In this document: piece after piece, positions 52,996 through 63,344 of the stretch
How positions within the stretch are numbered: position 1 is the stretch's first letter
Layout: the number at the start of each line of letters is the position of its first letter
DNA from: Vicinamibacterales bacterium
Lineage (GTDB): Bacteria > Acidobacteriota > Vicinamibacteria > Vicinamibacterales > JAMQPK01
NCBI GenBank assembly: GCA_963738315.1
Contig: CAVTVT010000004.1
Span: 470,123 to 534,122, forward strand
DNA length: 64,000 bases
Direction: 5' to 3'
Translations under genes and position numbers: made by a program
The notes under the pieces: generated by a model
What the model was told of the DNA's origin: nothing
The model's input: the letters and a program-made list of their open reading frames with translations, nothing else
The model's database searches: none

Positions 52996-53942
52996 GCCGG
53001 CGACTCCCGTGCGCAGATCGGCGACGAGCGCCTCTCTGACCTGCTCCAGCACATCGAACGTGCGCGGATAGCGAAGGCGGCGCACCGGGATCCGCCTGGC
53101 GAGCGCGCCCGCCGCGGCGAACTGGCGGCTCAGCCGCGCGGCGTCCCTCACGCGCGCGTTGAACGTGGCGCGCACGATCTCCATCACCGAGTCCGATCCC
53201 GGCACGTCTTCGATCGTCACCGTCTCATCGCCGGCATAGTCGAGCACGACGAAGCGGCGGATCGGCACCGGCGAGCGGTGCTGTTCGCCTCCCGCGAGCG
53301 GAATGACCAGCTTGTCGGTCTCCGGGTTCATCGCCGCGCCCGGGCGGTCGCCGAACCGATGGGCGCCGGCGGAGTCGGGAAAGAGCTTGATGCGCGGCGG
53401 ACCGGGATAGCCGCACGGCTCTCCCCGCACGCTCCGCACGAGCAGCAGATCGTCGCCGAGAATGGCGCTCCCCGCGCGAAGGAACGAGGCGGCCAGCGTC
53501 GACTTGCCCTGGCCGCTGTCGCCGAAGAGCGCCAGCCCCTGTCCGTCGACGACCAGGGTCGTCGCGTGCAGCGGCTCCCAGCCCTGCTTCACGAGCGCGA
53601 ACGACAGCACCGCGCCGAGCAGATAGGTCTGGAAGCACTCGACCGTCGCCCGATCGAGCAGCGCGCAGGAGATGTGCCGGCCGTCGGCCGACACGACGAA
53701 CTGGAACAGATCGGGCCAGCGCAGGAGCTCCGACCCGTCCGGATGGACGAACCGGCGATACCAGGCGCCCTCCGGTCCGCCAGGCTCGAAGCCGGCCGTC
53801 CGATCGTCCATCGAGTCCGCCGTCTCGAGCGCCAGCGTCACGTCGGCCTCGCCGTGCGGCGCCGGCGCCGGTCGAACGGCAGCGGGATCTCGCTGCGGAT
53901 CGACAGGCCGTACCCCGCGTACGTCAGTCCTGCCATGCTCAT
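52996..53942 (-). CDS. HPr-kinase-like lasso peptide kinase (frameshift near 53870; no stop before the cyclase)
   Basis: YGLSIRSEIPL start, LHATT, GDSGQGKSTLA, LGDDLL. Confidence 0.85.
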
Positions 53943-55735
53943 GCGGTTGCCAGTATCGGCGTGCGCCGCTCCGGCATCTGCTCGCCCCAGACCGCGGCGT
54001 ACGTCGCGGAGCGCTCGAGCAGCTCCTCGTGCGACCCGGAGGCGGCAATCGTGCCGTGCTCGATCAGATGGATGACATCGGCGTGCATCGCCGTCTTCAG
54101 CCTGTGGGTGATGATGATGGCCGTGCGGCCGCGGGCCACCTCGCGGAATCGCGCGAACCAGTCGAGCTCCGACCAGGGATCCAGCGCGCTCGTCGGCTCG
54201 TCGAGCACCATGATCGGCGCCGGCCGGAGGAAGGCGCGCGCCAGCGCGAGCCGCTGCCATTCGCCGGCGCTCAGCTCCATGCCGTCGCAGAACCACTTGC
54301 CGAGGAGCGTCCGGTAGCCGGCGGGCAGCGTGCGGATGAACGCCGCGGCTCCCGACAGTTCGCTGGCCCGTCGGATGTCGCCGCTCGAAGGCCGCCGCGC
54401 CAGCGCGCTGATGCTGATGTTGTTGGCGATCGACTGGCTGTAGCGGACCGGCTCCTGGAAGAGCGGCGTCACCAGCGCCCGCAGCTCCTGCAGATCGATC
54501 CTCCGCAGATCGACATCGTCTATTTCGATCGTCCCTTCCGCAGGGTCGTACAGCCGGCAGAGCAGCTTGAGCAGCGTGCTCTTGCCGCCGCCGTTCGGCC
54601 CGACCAGCGCCACCGTCCGCCCCGCCGGAATCTCGAGGTCGAAATGCTCGAGCGCCGGCCGCGTGCTGCCCGGATAGCTGAACGTGACGTCGCGGAAGCG
54701 GATGCGCCGCGCCGCCGCGGGCGTCGTGTGCACGGCGGCGGCGTTGCGAATCTCCGGCTGGAGCTCGAGGAACTCGAAGAGGTTCTCCAGGAACAGGCTG
54801 CTGGCATAGAGATGCGCCACCGCGCCGAGCAGCCCGCGCATCGTCGACAGCCCCTGGGCGAACGCCTGGTAGAAGGCGGCGAGCTGTCCGAGCGAGAAGG
54901 CGCCGCGGAGCGTGCGCAGCACCACCCATCCGAACGCGCCCGACGCGATCAGCATGCCGGAGGCGGCGGCCAGCAGCTCGGCCACGCCCCGCCGGCGGAC
55001 CAGCGCCAGCCGTTCGCACCGGAGCTGCCGGCGGATCTCCTCGTGCGCGCGCCGGAAGAGCGGCCCGAGATCGAACAGCCGCAGCTCCGAGGCGTGGGCC
55101 GCCGAGGTCAGCACGCTGTCGTAGTAGTACCCGCGACGCTCCGTGGCCGTCGTCTCGCGCCACCACGCCTGCTGGATGAGCGCGTGCTTCCCGACGACGT
55201 AGAGCACCGGCACGGCGCTGAGGAAGAGGGCGAGCGGCAGCCACCAGCCGTAGGCGACGAGCACGGCGCCCATGGCGGCCAGCGTGACGCAGCCCTGGAA
55301 GACCTCGCCCAGCGTGTCGAGCAGCTCCGAGGGGCGGTAGGTCGCTTCGTCGCGCGCGCGGTGCAGATGGTCGAAGAACGACGGCGACTCGTAGAACGCC
55401 AGATCGAGGCGTGCGGACTGCTCGTGTATCCGCGCGGTGATCCGATCCTTGAGGCGCTCGGCCTGCGCCACCCGGGCCCAGCCGAGCGCCGCCCGGGCCG
55501 CGGCCACCGCGGCCATGACGATCGCCGAGAGCGCGGCCCACAGCAGCAGCGGCTCCACGGCCGGCCAGGCGCCGTGCGCCGCGGCGGCGGCCACCACGTG
55601 ATCCACGATCTGCCTGGTGATGTAGACCGTCGCCAGCGGCGCGAGGCCGAGCACCGCCAGCAGCGCCGCCCAGATCAGCATCGACCGATCGCCCTCGGCG
55701 CGCAGCAGCCTCACGATGTTCGAGAGCGATCGCAT
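53939..55735 (-). CDS. ABC exporter, fused TMD and NBD (lasso cluster)
   Basis: TM domain, GPNGGGKST, LSAGEWQR, LDEPT, ITHR. Confidence 0.92.
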   Translation of the reverse strand: MRSLSNIVRLLRAEGDRSMLIWAALLAVLGLAPLATVYITRQIVDHVVAAAAAHGAWPAVEPLLLWAALSAIVMAAVAAARAALGWARVAQAERLKDRITARIHEQSARLDLAFYESPSFFDHLHRARDEATYRPSELLDTLGEVFQGCVTLAAMGAVLVAYGWWLPLALFLSAVPVLYVVGKHALIQQAWWRETTATERRGYYYDSVLTSAAHASELRLFDLGPLFRRAHEEIRRQLRCERLALVRRRGVAELLAAASGMLIASGAFGWVVLRTLRGAFSLGQLAAFYQAFAQGLSTMRGLLGAVAHLYASSLFLENLFEFLELQPEIRNAAAVHTTPAAARRIRFRDVTFSYPGSTRPALEHFDLEIPAGRTVALVGPNGGGKSTLLKLLCRLYDPAEGTIEIDDVDLRRIDLQELRALVTPLFQEPVRYSQSIANNISISALARRPSSGDIRRASELSGAAAFIRTLPAGYRTLLGKWFCDGMELSAGEWQRLALARAFLRPAPIMVLDEPTSALDPWSELDWFARFREVARGRTAIIITHRLKTAMHADVIHLIEHGTIAASGSHEELLERSATYAAVWGEQMPERRTPILATA

Positions 55736-55737
55736 GA

Positions 55738-56178
55738 TCAGCCCGCGAGGCTCCTGAACGGCACGAACGCCGCGTCGCGCGCCTGCAGCGACGGGTCAAG
55801 CCGGCGGCCGCCAATCCCGACCCAGGCGTGCGCCTCGAAGATGCCGCCGGGCCTGGCCGCGCCCAGTTCCACGCGGCTCTCGATCCCCTGCTGCTCGAGC
55901 AGCGCCCAGACGACCAGCGCGCGCGGCAGGCAGGCGGTGCGGCATACGTGGTGATCCGCGGCGGCGCGCACCAGGCGGCAGGTCGTATCGGCCGCGTCGT
56001 TACGGGACGTGGAACCCGGCATGGCGGGCCGCCGCGACCCCATCGCGAGCCATCTCTGCGTCCGCCGCAGCCCCAGACCGGCGACGCTGAGCCGGACGAG
56101 CGGCAGCAGGAGCCACGCGCGGACGAACATGTTGCGTTCCTCGGGGCTCAACAGGCCGAATTGCCTCAGCCGCTTCAT
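55738..56178 (-). CDS. Lasso peptide leader peptidase B2 (transglutaminase-like)
   Basis: CLPRAL (Cys) and EAHAWV (His). Confidence 0.92.
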   Translation of the reverse strand: MKRLRQFGLLSPEERNMFVRAWLLLPLVRLSVAGLGLRRTQRWLAMGSRRPAMPGSTSRNDAADTTCRLVRAAADHHVCRTACLPRALVVWALLEQQGIESRVELGAARPGGIFEAHAWVGIGGRRLDPSLQARDAAFVPFRSLAG

Positions 56179-56456
56179 CCGCGGATCTCCAGGAGCCCGT
56201 GCGCGAGCAGCGTGCCGACGAGATCGGCCAGATCCTGCCGGAGCTCCCGCTCGTCCACGTCGTACACGCCCTTCAGCGATTCGAGCGCCGCATCCACCGA
56301 GCCGGCCTTCGTCATGGCGTCCCACATGCGTCCGCCCACCCTGTCGAGGCCGAAATAGGTCTCGCTCTGGAGATTCAGCAGCACCGCTTCGCCGTCGATT
56401 TCCGAGATCATCACGTGCTCCGGCGCGCGCACGCACGAGCTGAACGAGAACGTCAC
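56175..56456 (-). CDS. Lasso peptide RiPP recognition element B1 (PqqD family)
   Basis: IDGEAVLLNL..YFGLD.VG..MW..YDVD..GLLE; GTG start overlaps the upstream stop. Confidence 0.92.
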   Translation of the reverse strand: MTFSFSSCVRAPEHVMISEIDGEAVLLNLQSETYFGLDRVGGRMWDAMTKAGSVDAALESLKGVYDVDERELRQDLADLVGTLLAHGLLEIRG

Positions 56457-57574
56457 CTCAGCACCTCCCCCTTCATCACCCGCCACGATGCGCCCGCCGC
56501 CCGCCGCAGATAGGCAGCCGCCAGTCCCGCCGCGGTGTCGACGCCGTGCGCTCTGCGCATGAAGCCGGCGTCGGGCAGCGCGTGCTCGAGGAGCAGCCGC
56601 GCCTTCGCGCGAAGGCCGGCCGACCCGCGGACGTCGAGCAGCAGGCTGCGCGCCTCGCTGCGCACGCCTCCGAGGTACTCGCGCGAGGGCTCCCGCACAT
56701 CGCCCGCGCGCGCGCCCCGTGCGTCGAGGTGCCGCAGGATCCCTCCAGGGCACCCGACGAGCGCCACCGCCGACTGGATTCCGCCGGCGCAGACGCCGAG
56801 CAGCTTCTTTTCGGCGGCGAGCGCGGCGAAGCGGATCGCCTCGGGCTCCGGCATCGCTTCCACCAGCAGCCGGATGTCGTACAGCCACATCAGGACCGGC
56901 GAGTCGTCATGGTGCGCCACCCGGTGCGCGCAGGCGACGAGCAGCGCGTGCGGCAGTGACGGCATCTTCGCGCCCGGGCCGAGCGCCGGCACCGGCAGTG
57001 CGCCGGCGGCGAGCTCGTCGAACGAGAACATCGACGCGAACAGCGGGCGGTTGCTCACGGCCCAGTGCAGATCGATGACGTGCCACGTCGATCCGATCTG
57101 CCGCTCGAAGGTGCACTGCGTGTGTACCGATCCGCCCGACAGGCTGTTGAGGCGCGTGTAGCCGAGCGCCTCGAGCAGATCGGCCGCTGTCGGAAAGCTG
57201 GATCGCCTGACGAGCAGGTCGGTGTCGTACCGCGATCGCAGCGCCGGGGCCGGGTAGAGCGTGTAGCCGAGCGCCGCACCCTTGAACACGAGCGTCTCGA
57301 CGCCTGCCTCGCGCAGGCGCTCGACGACGCGCTGGAGCTCGCGGCGGCGCACCAGCTCGATGGCCGCTTCGCGCGTGACGTGGCGCTCGAGCGCGTCGCT
57401 GATGCGCGCAGGCACATCGCCCGGCGCCCGCTCCTTGAGGACGCGCCAGACCAGCCCTTCCACCCGCTGCTCCGCGGCGGCGGCAAGCAGCCGATCCTGG
57501 ACGGCAGGGTCGTCCAGCGCGCCGCGCGGCGGCAGCTCGCCTCGCAGGATGGCGCTCGCCAGTGTGTCGCTCAT
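56453..57574 (-). CDS. Nucleotidyltransferase (NTP_transf_5-like, lasso-associated)
   Basis: FKGAAL..YP....R..DTDLLV, IDLHW, WLYDI. Confidence 0.87.
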   Translation of the reverse strand: MSDTLASAILRGELPPRGALDDPAVQDRLLAAAAEQRVEGLVWRVLKERAPGDVPARISDALERHVTREAAIELVRRRELQRVVERLREAGVETLVFKGAALGYTLYPAPALRSRYDTDLLVRRSSFPTAADLLEALGYTRLNSLSGGSVHTQCTFERQIGSTWHVIDLHWAVSNRPLFASMFSFDELAAGALPVPALGPGAKMPSLPHALLVACAHRVAHHDDSPVLMWLYDIRLLVEAMPEPEAIRFAALAAEKKLLGVCAGGIQSAVALVGCPGGILRHLDARGARAGDVREPSREYLGGVRSEARSLLLDVRGSAGLRAKARLLLEHALPDAGFMRRAHGVDTAAGLAAAYLRRAAGASWRVMKGEVLR

Positions 57575-57578
57575 GAGT

Positions 57579-59018
57579 TCAGGCGGAAAGCGCGCGATCG
57601 AGCGGCGCGGCGCCGAGCAGGCCGAGCACTGCCGGCGCGCCCACGCCGACGTCCGAGGCGACCCGTCCCGCCGCGTCGAGCAGCACCGCCGAGGGGGTGC
57701 CGGTGGCGCCGAACACCCTGGCCGCGCCGAAGCTCGGGTCGAGGACGACGCGCGAGCGGAAGCGCTGCGCGCGATTGGCGTCCGCCGCGCCCGCGGCCAC
57801 GATCACGAGCTGCGGGCCGGTCTTCGCGCGCGTGCGCTCCCACGATCGCACCTCGCCGAGCATCGCCTTGCAGAAGCCGCAGCCAGGGTTCCAGAAGAGC
57901 AGCACGCTCGGGCGGCCGCGGAGGGCGGCGATATCGAACGCCGCGCCGTCGAGATCCCGAAGATCGAGCGGCGGCGCCAGGTCGCCCTGCGCCACCGGAT
58001 CGGGCACGGTTTCGCCGAAGACGAGCGCGCGGATCTCGTCGCCTCCCGCGGCGAGCGGGGCCGCCACCAGGCCTTCCTTAATAAGGATGGCGCTCGGCGA
58101 CGCCTTGACCCGGTAGGCGTCGCCGACCTCCCGGTCCTCCTGCAGCAGCATGTCTGCCAGGCCGTGCCGGGCGGCCTTGGCGCGGTTCGCTTCCAGATCG
58201 CCGCGGCTCACGGGCACGATCACGAGCTTGCCGGCGTGCACCCGCTGCCATCGCGCCACCTCGGGGAGGAGCGCCTCGCACGCGGTGCAGCCCGGCTCGA
58301 CGAACAGCAGCATCACCGGCTTGCCGAGCGCTTTCACGGCGTCGAGCGCCACCGGGATGCCGTCCAGGCCTTCGAGCGTGAAGGGTGGCGCCTCGGTCGC
58401 CACCGGCAGGCCGGCTGCCGGCGTCTCGTCGGCCGTCGTGCCCGCCTTCGCCTCGAGCGCCTCGATGCGCAGCATCATGCGGCCGTTCTGCGCGAGCAGG
58501 CTGACGAGCATGAACGCGCCGCCTGCGGCTATCGCCGCGATCGCGAGGCCGAGGAAGAGCGCCACCTGCTGGCTGCCGTCGAGGCTGCCGATCCAGGCGG
58601 CGAGCCCCGGGCCCGTCTGACCCGGTCCGCGCGCGACGATGGCGGCGGCGATGGCGGCGAGGGCGCCGTTCCTGGCCACCGTGCTCCAGCCGACCGGCTC
58701 GGAGTGGAGCTTGCCGAAGCAGTGGCAGTCGGGCGTCCTGCCGCGCGCGAGGTTGGCGACGATGCCGGTGATGAAGACGGCGAGCATCGAGACCGCGGCG
58801 ATCGCGCCGAACCAGGCGGATGCGCTGCCGAGCAGGGCGGCGGCGGTGGCGAGCTCCGCGATCGGGAGCGCGAGTGCGAGCGGGCCCGCGACGGCGGCCG
58901 GCACGCCGAACTCGCGCATGGAGCGGCGGGAGCCGGGCCGGTCGAAGAGCTTGGCGATGCCGGCGACGGCGAAGATGGACGCGAGGAGAAGGCGTGCTGA
59001 CAGCAGAATCAGGTTCAT
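57579..59018 (-). CDS. MauE/DoxX membrane domain fused to two thioredoxin-like (TlpA/MauD-like) domains
   Basis: FAVAGIAKL, PDCHCFG, ARNG; PGCTAC and PGCGFC CxxC motifs. Confidence 0.88.
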   Translation of the reverse strand: MNLILLSARLLLASIFAVAGIAKLFDRPGSRRSMREFGVPAAVAGPLALALPIAELATAAALLGSASAWFGAIAAVSMLAVFITGIVANLARGRTPDCHCFGKLHSEPVGWSTVARNGALAAIAAAIVARGPGQTGPGLAAWIGSLDGSQQVALFLGLAIAAIAAGGAFMLVSLLAQNGRMMLRIEALEAKAGTTADETPAAGLPVATEAPPFTLEGLDGIPVALDAVKALGKPVMLLFVEPGCTACEALLPEVARWQRVHAGKLVIVPVSRGDLEANRAKAARHGLADMLLQEDREVGDAYRVKASPSAILIKEGLVAAPLAAGGDEIRALVFGETVPDPVAQGDLAPPLDLRDLDGAAFDIAALRGRPSVLLFWNPGCGFCKAMLGEVRSWERTRAKTGPQLVIVAAGAADANRAQRFRSRVVLDPSFGAARVFGATGTPSAVLLDAAGRVASDVGVGAPAVLGLLGAAPLDRALSA

Positions 59019-59102
59019 TGCTAATGCTCTCGATTGAAGATCGACCTAGTAGTGCGTGATGCTCACGCCGTCGATGAACGGACGCTGTCGAGGGAAGGCT
59101 GG

Positions 59103-60755
59103 TTATTGTCGAGCGAGCGCAGATCGCATGAGTCTCGAATCCACTCGTTCCAGACACTCGCTTGCGCCATTGCGGACTTCAACGCCACATCGTCTCCATT
59201 CCGAGTTCAGCCATCGCGGGTCCAGCGCGCTCCGGATTACACTCTTCCAGTCGATGAGCACGCCGATGTCTTCGTCGTCCACATATTGTCCAAGTCGCGT
59301 CGGAGTAGCCGCTCCAAGGACGGCCTCGTTTACCTTTCCATCTAGATTCACGACGTTCTCGTTGAAGAATCCTATGACGCCGCTTTGAAAAGCCCCGACC
59401 CTCTGGCTCGAGAAACGCTCGTGGATGACTCCGGCGCTCACCGTGTGGCTGTTGCCGATTCGCCCTGAGTGAAGGCTCAGCACTGCCCATACCGAAAATG
59501 CGAGCGGCATAGACCCGAAGGCGACAATGTGACCCGCGCGGGGCAGCCGCTTGAGCGTGGCCAGTAGAACAACTCCAATGAGTGGTGTCGCGACCGGCAA
59601 AATAGGACTCGAATAGCGCTGATAGAAGTGGGCTGCCCAGAAGAAGTACGTGTAGACGCCAGCGAGGCCGACGGCCGCGATTCCCCATGCGACCAGTGGC
59701 GTGTTCTCTCGAATCGCAGCTTGAATTGAGGCCGATTCCCGCCACGCATATCGCCCCAACACCAAGAGCGAGACTGCAGCCGCTACAACGAACACTCCAC
59801 CTGAATTTGAATATATCCACGGCGTCAGGTGGCTCAAAAGCGCCGCTGACATCGCACTGACACGACCGGCTGCGGTATGCCACCCGATCATTCCAGCTTG
59901 CGCTCGGCCGGATGACGGAACCCAGTGACCGGACTCCACCTGGTTATAGAGCAGCCAAGGGCTCAAAACTGCAGCTGCCGTTGCGCCGACCACGACGATT
60001 TCGGAAAGGGACGCCCTCCGCGTCAGTAGCGAGACGACAAAGTAGAAACCCAGAAGAACGCCAAAATCGAGACGTGCCCACGCGGTAAGGCCGGCTAACA
60101 GCCCAAACGACAGGCAATTGACCATTGTCTGCGGCCGGGACTGGTGCCGCAGAGTGAAGAGAATGCAAGCGGCGACCAGGGTCAGGTAGATACCGGTCTC
60201 CAGACCGTAGGTGAACCACCGGAAATTGGCGAAATTGAACACCGAGAGCGTAAATCCCAGAAGATAGGCACTAGCGCCGCTACCTTTCGGCGCTATGTGC
60301 TCAAGGATGCGTCCCACAAAGTGACCGTAAAGGAGGAGAATCAGCGCCCCGAAGACCAACACGCTGCGGACAAAGGCCCAGCGGTCCCCGAGATGCTGAA
60401 TGGGTTTCGCGATCAGCGCAAAGCACAACGTGCTCAGAGGTTGGACCCCCGTTGTTGGCATGTCCAGGTTGTAGACAAGCCCGTGCCCTCTGGCAATGTT
60501 CCATGCGACTGTGAGCATGTAGTAGCCGTCCTCGCCGACAGGCTTGTCGGCGAGATAAGGGAAGGCGTGCCCGTCTGCCATATCGCGTGGAAACCCTGGG
60601 TGAGAAGCAATCGCTAACGCCACAACGTATGCCAGGTAGACTCCAATGACGATTCCGAGAAACCAGCGGCCCCAAGCCGCTGTTTGCAGGCGCGTCTCTT
60701 CCGAATCGTTTCTTTCGGCTGACAGCTCGTTGCGCATGAAGTAATCCAGGTCCAT
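59103..60755 (-). CDS. Polytopic membrane protein, probable GT-C glycosyltransferase
   Basis: GEDGYY..AWNIARGHG, GLET, ARLD, NLDG; visibly lower GC than its neighbours. Confidence 0.65.
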   Translation of the reverse strand: MDLDYFMRNELSAERNDSEETRLQTAAWGRWFLGIVIGVYLAYVVALAIASHPGFPRDMADGHAFPYLADKPVGEDGYYMLTVAWNIARGHGLVYNLDMPTTGVQPLSTLCFALIAKPIQHLGDRWAFVRSVLVFGALILLLYGHFVGRILEHIAPKGSGASAYLLGFTLSVFNFANFRWFTYGLETGIYLTLVAACILFTLRHQSRPQTMVNCLSFGLLAGLTAWARLDFGVLLGFYFVVSLLTRRASLSEIVVVGATAAAVLSPWLLYNQVESGHWVPSSGRAQAGMIGWHTAAGRVSAMSAALLSHLTPWIYSNSGGVFVVAAAVSLLVLGRYAWRESASIQAAIRENTPLVAWGIAAVGLAGVYTYFFWAAHFYQRYSSPILPVATPLIGVVLLATLKRLPRAGHIVAFGSMPLAFSVWAVLSLHSGRIGNSHTVSAGVIHERFSSQRVGAFQSGVIGFFNENVVNLDGKVNEAVLGAATPTRLGQYVDDEDIGVLIDWKSVIRSALDPRWLNSEWRRCGVEVRNGASECLERVDSRLMRSALARQ

Positions 60756-60758
60756 CGA

Positions 60759-63344
60759 TCAGCTCTCCGGTATCAGCGCGACGTTGTCGATCCAGATGCT
60801 CCCTGCGATCTGGTTGTCGAACTTCCACGAATGGTTTCTTCGAAGCTGGATCTGGAGCAGCTCCGCGTGCGGGGGGATGTCGACCTCCGCTTCCACGAGA
60901 CGCCAGCCGCCCGCGGCGCTCACGGGTTCGGACTTCAGGTCGAGGCCGCCGCCCGAAATCGAGAGGAACACTCCCTGATCGGTCGTGAGACCGCCGCTCC
61001 TGATCCGCGCCTGCAGCCTGAATCGCCCGGGCGGGACGAAGATCATCTGGCTCAGCGGAATCGCCGTCACGTTGCCGGAGCCGTCGAAGGCCACGTGGAC
61101 CGAGCGCGCCCCTTCGAACGGGGCGGTCTCGTCTGTCACGACCGCCACACCAGGCCCGCTCGACAGCCGCCAGTCGAACGGCCCCTTCGCCGTCTCGAGC
61201 TCGAAACCGCCGTTGTAGACGTAGTTCCCGTTCAGGTAGTCGCCGCACCGCGCCGCCGAATAGTCGGCCCACGACCGCGCCGCCGCGTCGTCTCGCTTCA
61301 CGGCCACCAGCGCCTGCGCGTACTTCGCCGCCGACTCGTCGTCCGCCCAGCCTCTTGCCAGCAGGATGCGCCAGGCTTCTTCGGCCTGGACCAGGTCCTG
61401 TTCGCCGATCAGAAATCCCAGATAGCGGCGGGCGAGCGCGGGATCGGGTATTCCTCTGGCCAGGACCCTTTCGACGGGAGCGTGATGCGCTCGGTAGTTC
61501 GCGAAGACAAGAGGCGCGAACGATGGATCGATCGCGATGGCACGAGCGGAAAGGTCGAGTCCGCCGTCGTAGTCTCCGCGCTTCAAGCTCGACTGCGCGG
61601 CCCTGATCGCGAAGAATGGAATGTGGGGGCCGAGCGTGAGGGCGCGCGCGAAGGCATACCGGGCGCCCGCCTGGTCACCTCGGCGCTGCAGCGCTTCCGC
61701 CAGGTCGAGCCACCGGTAACCGCCCGCTGGATCCCGTGCGAGCAGCCTCTGCAGCTCGGATACCGGAACGGCCGAGATGTCGTCGCCGTACTGGTGCTGG
61801 AGCACCGATGAGATGCCGAACGGATTGCAGATGCCGAAGCGGCAGAAGGCCCGCTCCGCTGCCACGTTTTCCGTGAAGCCGTTCATGAAGACGAGCCAGG
61901 CACAAGCGTAGACCAGGGAGACCGCCGACAACCCCAGAAGATGCGGTCGAAGCGATTTCGTGTTCGCGTCCCCGCCTTCGCGTGCAGCTCCTGCGTGCCA
62001 AGCCGTTGACCAATATGCGCTGCCGAAGCCGAGGAGCCAGGCGAACGTCATCGCATTGGCGGGCACGTAGAGATTGAAATCGGCAAAGCTGTGAATGCCA
62101 ATCGCGGTCATCGACCCGAGGACGCCGAGTGCTTTCCATCGGTCGTCGGAGGAGTCATGTCTGCGGAGCGCGCGCCAGGAGACCGTCGCGACGCCCCCCA
62201 CGAGAATCGCGCCGAGCAGAAAGCCCACGATCCCCAGCTCGGAGAGAAACTGCAGGTAGTCGTTGTGGGCGTACACCCAGGTGACGTTCGTTCCCGCGGT
62301 CTGGTAGCGGAGCAGAGCGGGATAGTAGGTGCCGAGGCCGGTTCCGACGAGAGGATAGTCGTGCGCCATGGCGAGGGTGTTCCTGGCGATGGGCCATCTT
62401 CCCTCGGCAGTGGGATCGTCAGTCGAGGCGCCGAGGTTTCGCACGAGCGCATCGGGGGGCAGGGCAAACAAGAGGGTGGCAAGGAGGGCCGCCGTGCCGA
62501 ACCCGTACGCCAACTTTGCTTTCGCGGAGCGACCCGCCCCAATGGCGAGAACCGCCATCAACCCCAGTGAGCAGATGGCCGCCAGGAGGCCTGCCTTCGA
62601 CAATGAGAAGGCGATCGCCACCAGCATCATGAGAGAGGCGGCCGCGAAAGCCGCTCCGAGCCCCAGAGGTGCGAGCGGAGATCCGGCTCTCCCCTCGCGG
62701 CTCCGGACAAAGAACGCTGCCGACGCGGCGGCAGCGAGCGGCAGCACCATCTCGAGGAAGCCGGCCAGGTGGTTCTTGTTGGCGTAACTTCCCGATACGA
62801 CCTGCGCACTTGCGGCGTGCTGCAGCAGCGCGATGGTGGCTTGCCACACGCCGAGCACGACGAGCGGCGCGATCGGCAGCCAGGCACGCCTGGTCCGCCT
62901 GCTCAGCTCCCGTGCCACGAGAAACACCACGGCGTAGCCGGCGACGTGGAGCAGTTGCATCCAGGTGCTGGGAGGGAAGAGCGAGAACGGCACGAAACCC
63001 TGCCTGGTGCCGACCATGGCCAGGGAACGGGCGACCTCCGCACGCATCGGATCGAGAATCCCCAACATCCAGAGCGGCAGAGGAAGCAGTTGAAGCGCCA
63101 CGAACAGCGGGAGGAGCAGACCACCGCCGATCGCGACGCGTTCAACGGTTCGCCGTTCGACGGCTGGCTTCAACCAGCAGCCGGCCGCCAGCCCCGCCGC
63201 GCCGAGCGGCAGCAACCCGACGTTCCAGTCCACCGGGTCGCCGCCGCCGGACCAGAGCATCAGGAGCACAAGCGACACCATCAGCGTAGTGCCGCACAGT
63301 ACCGCCGCGATCCAGACTCGCGCATTCGCAGGCGGTGCTAGCAC
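60759..63344 (-). CDS. O-antigen ligase / oligosaccharyltransferase-like protein with TPR repeats and a C-terminal carbohydrate-binding-like domain
   Basis: GSYANKNHLAGF, SLSKAG, GTGLGTY, AHNDYLQ..ELG, HSFADFNL; YNGGFE..FDW CBM-like end; GTG at 63344 chosen because the longer ORF overlaps the upstream gene. Confidence 0.85.
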   Translation of the reverse strand: MLAPPANARVWIAAVLCGTTLMVSLVLLMLWSGGGDPVDWNVGLLPLGAAGLAAGCWLKPAVERRTVERVAIGGGLLLPLFVALQLLPLPLWMLGILDPMRAEVARSLAMVGTRQGFVPFSLFPPSTWMQLLHVAGYAVVFLVARELSRRTRRAWLPIAPLVVLGVWQATIALLQHAASAQVVSGSYANKNHLAGFLEMVLPLAAAASAAFFVRSREGRAGSPLAPLGLGAAFAAASLMMLVAIAFSLSKAGLLAAICSLGLMAVLAIGAGRSAKAKLAYGFGTAALLATLLFALPPDALVRNLGASTDDPTAEGRWPIARNTLAMAHDYPLVGTGLGTYYPALLRYQTAGTNVTWVYAHNDYLQFLSELGIVGFLLGAILVGGVATVSWRALRRHDSSDDRWKALGVLGSMTAIGIHSFADFNLYVPANAMTFAWLLGFGSAYWSTAWHAGAAREGGDANTKSLRPHLLGLSAVSLVYACAWLVFMNGFTENVAAERAFCRFGICNPFGISSVLQHQYGDDISAVPVSELQRLLARDPAGGYRWLDLAEALQRRGDQAGARYAFARALTLGPHIPFFAIRAAQSSLKRGDYDGGLDLSARAIAIDPSFAPLVFANYRAHHAPVERVLARGIPDPALARRYLGFLIGEQDLVQAEEAWRILLARGWADDESAAKYAQALVAVKRDDAAARSWADYSAARCGDYLNGNYVYNGGFELETAKGPFDWRLSSGPGVAVVTDETAPFEGARSVHVAFDGSGNVTAIPLSQMIFVPPGRFRLQARIRSGGLTTDQGVFLSISGGGLDLKSEPVSAAGGWRLVEAEVDIPPHAELLQIQLRRNHSWKFDNQIAGSIWIDNVALIPES

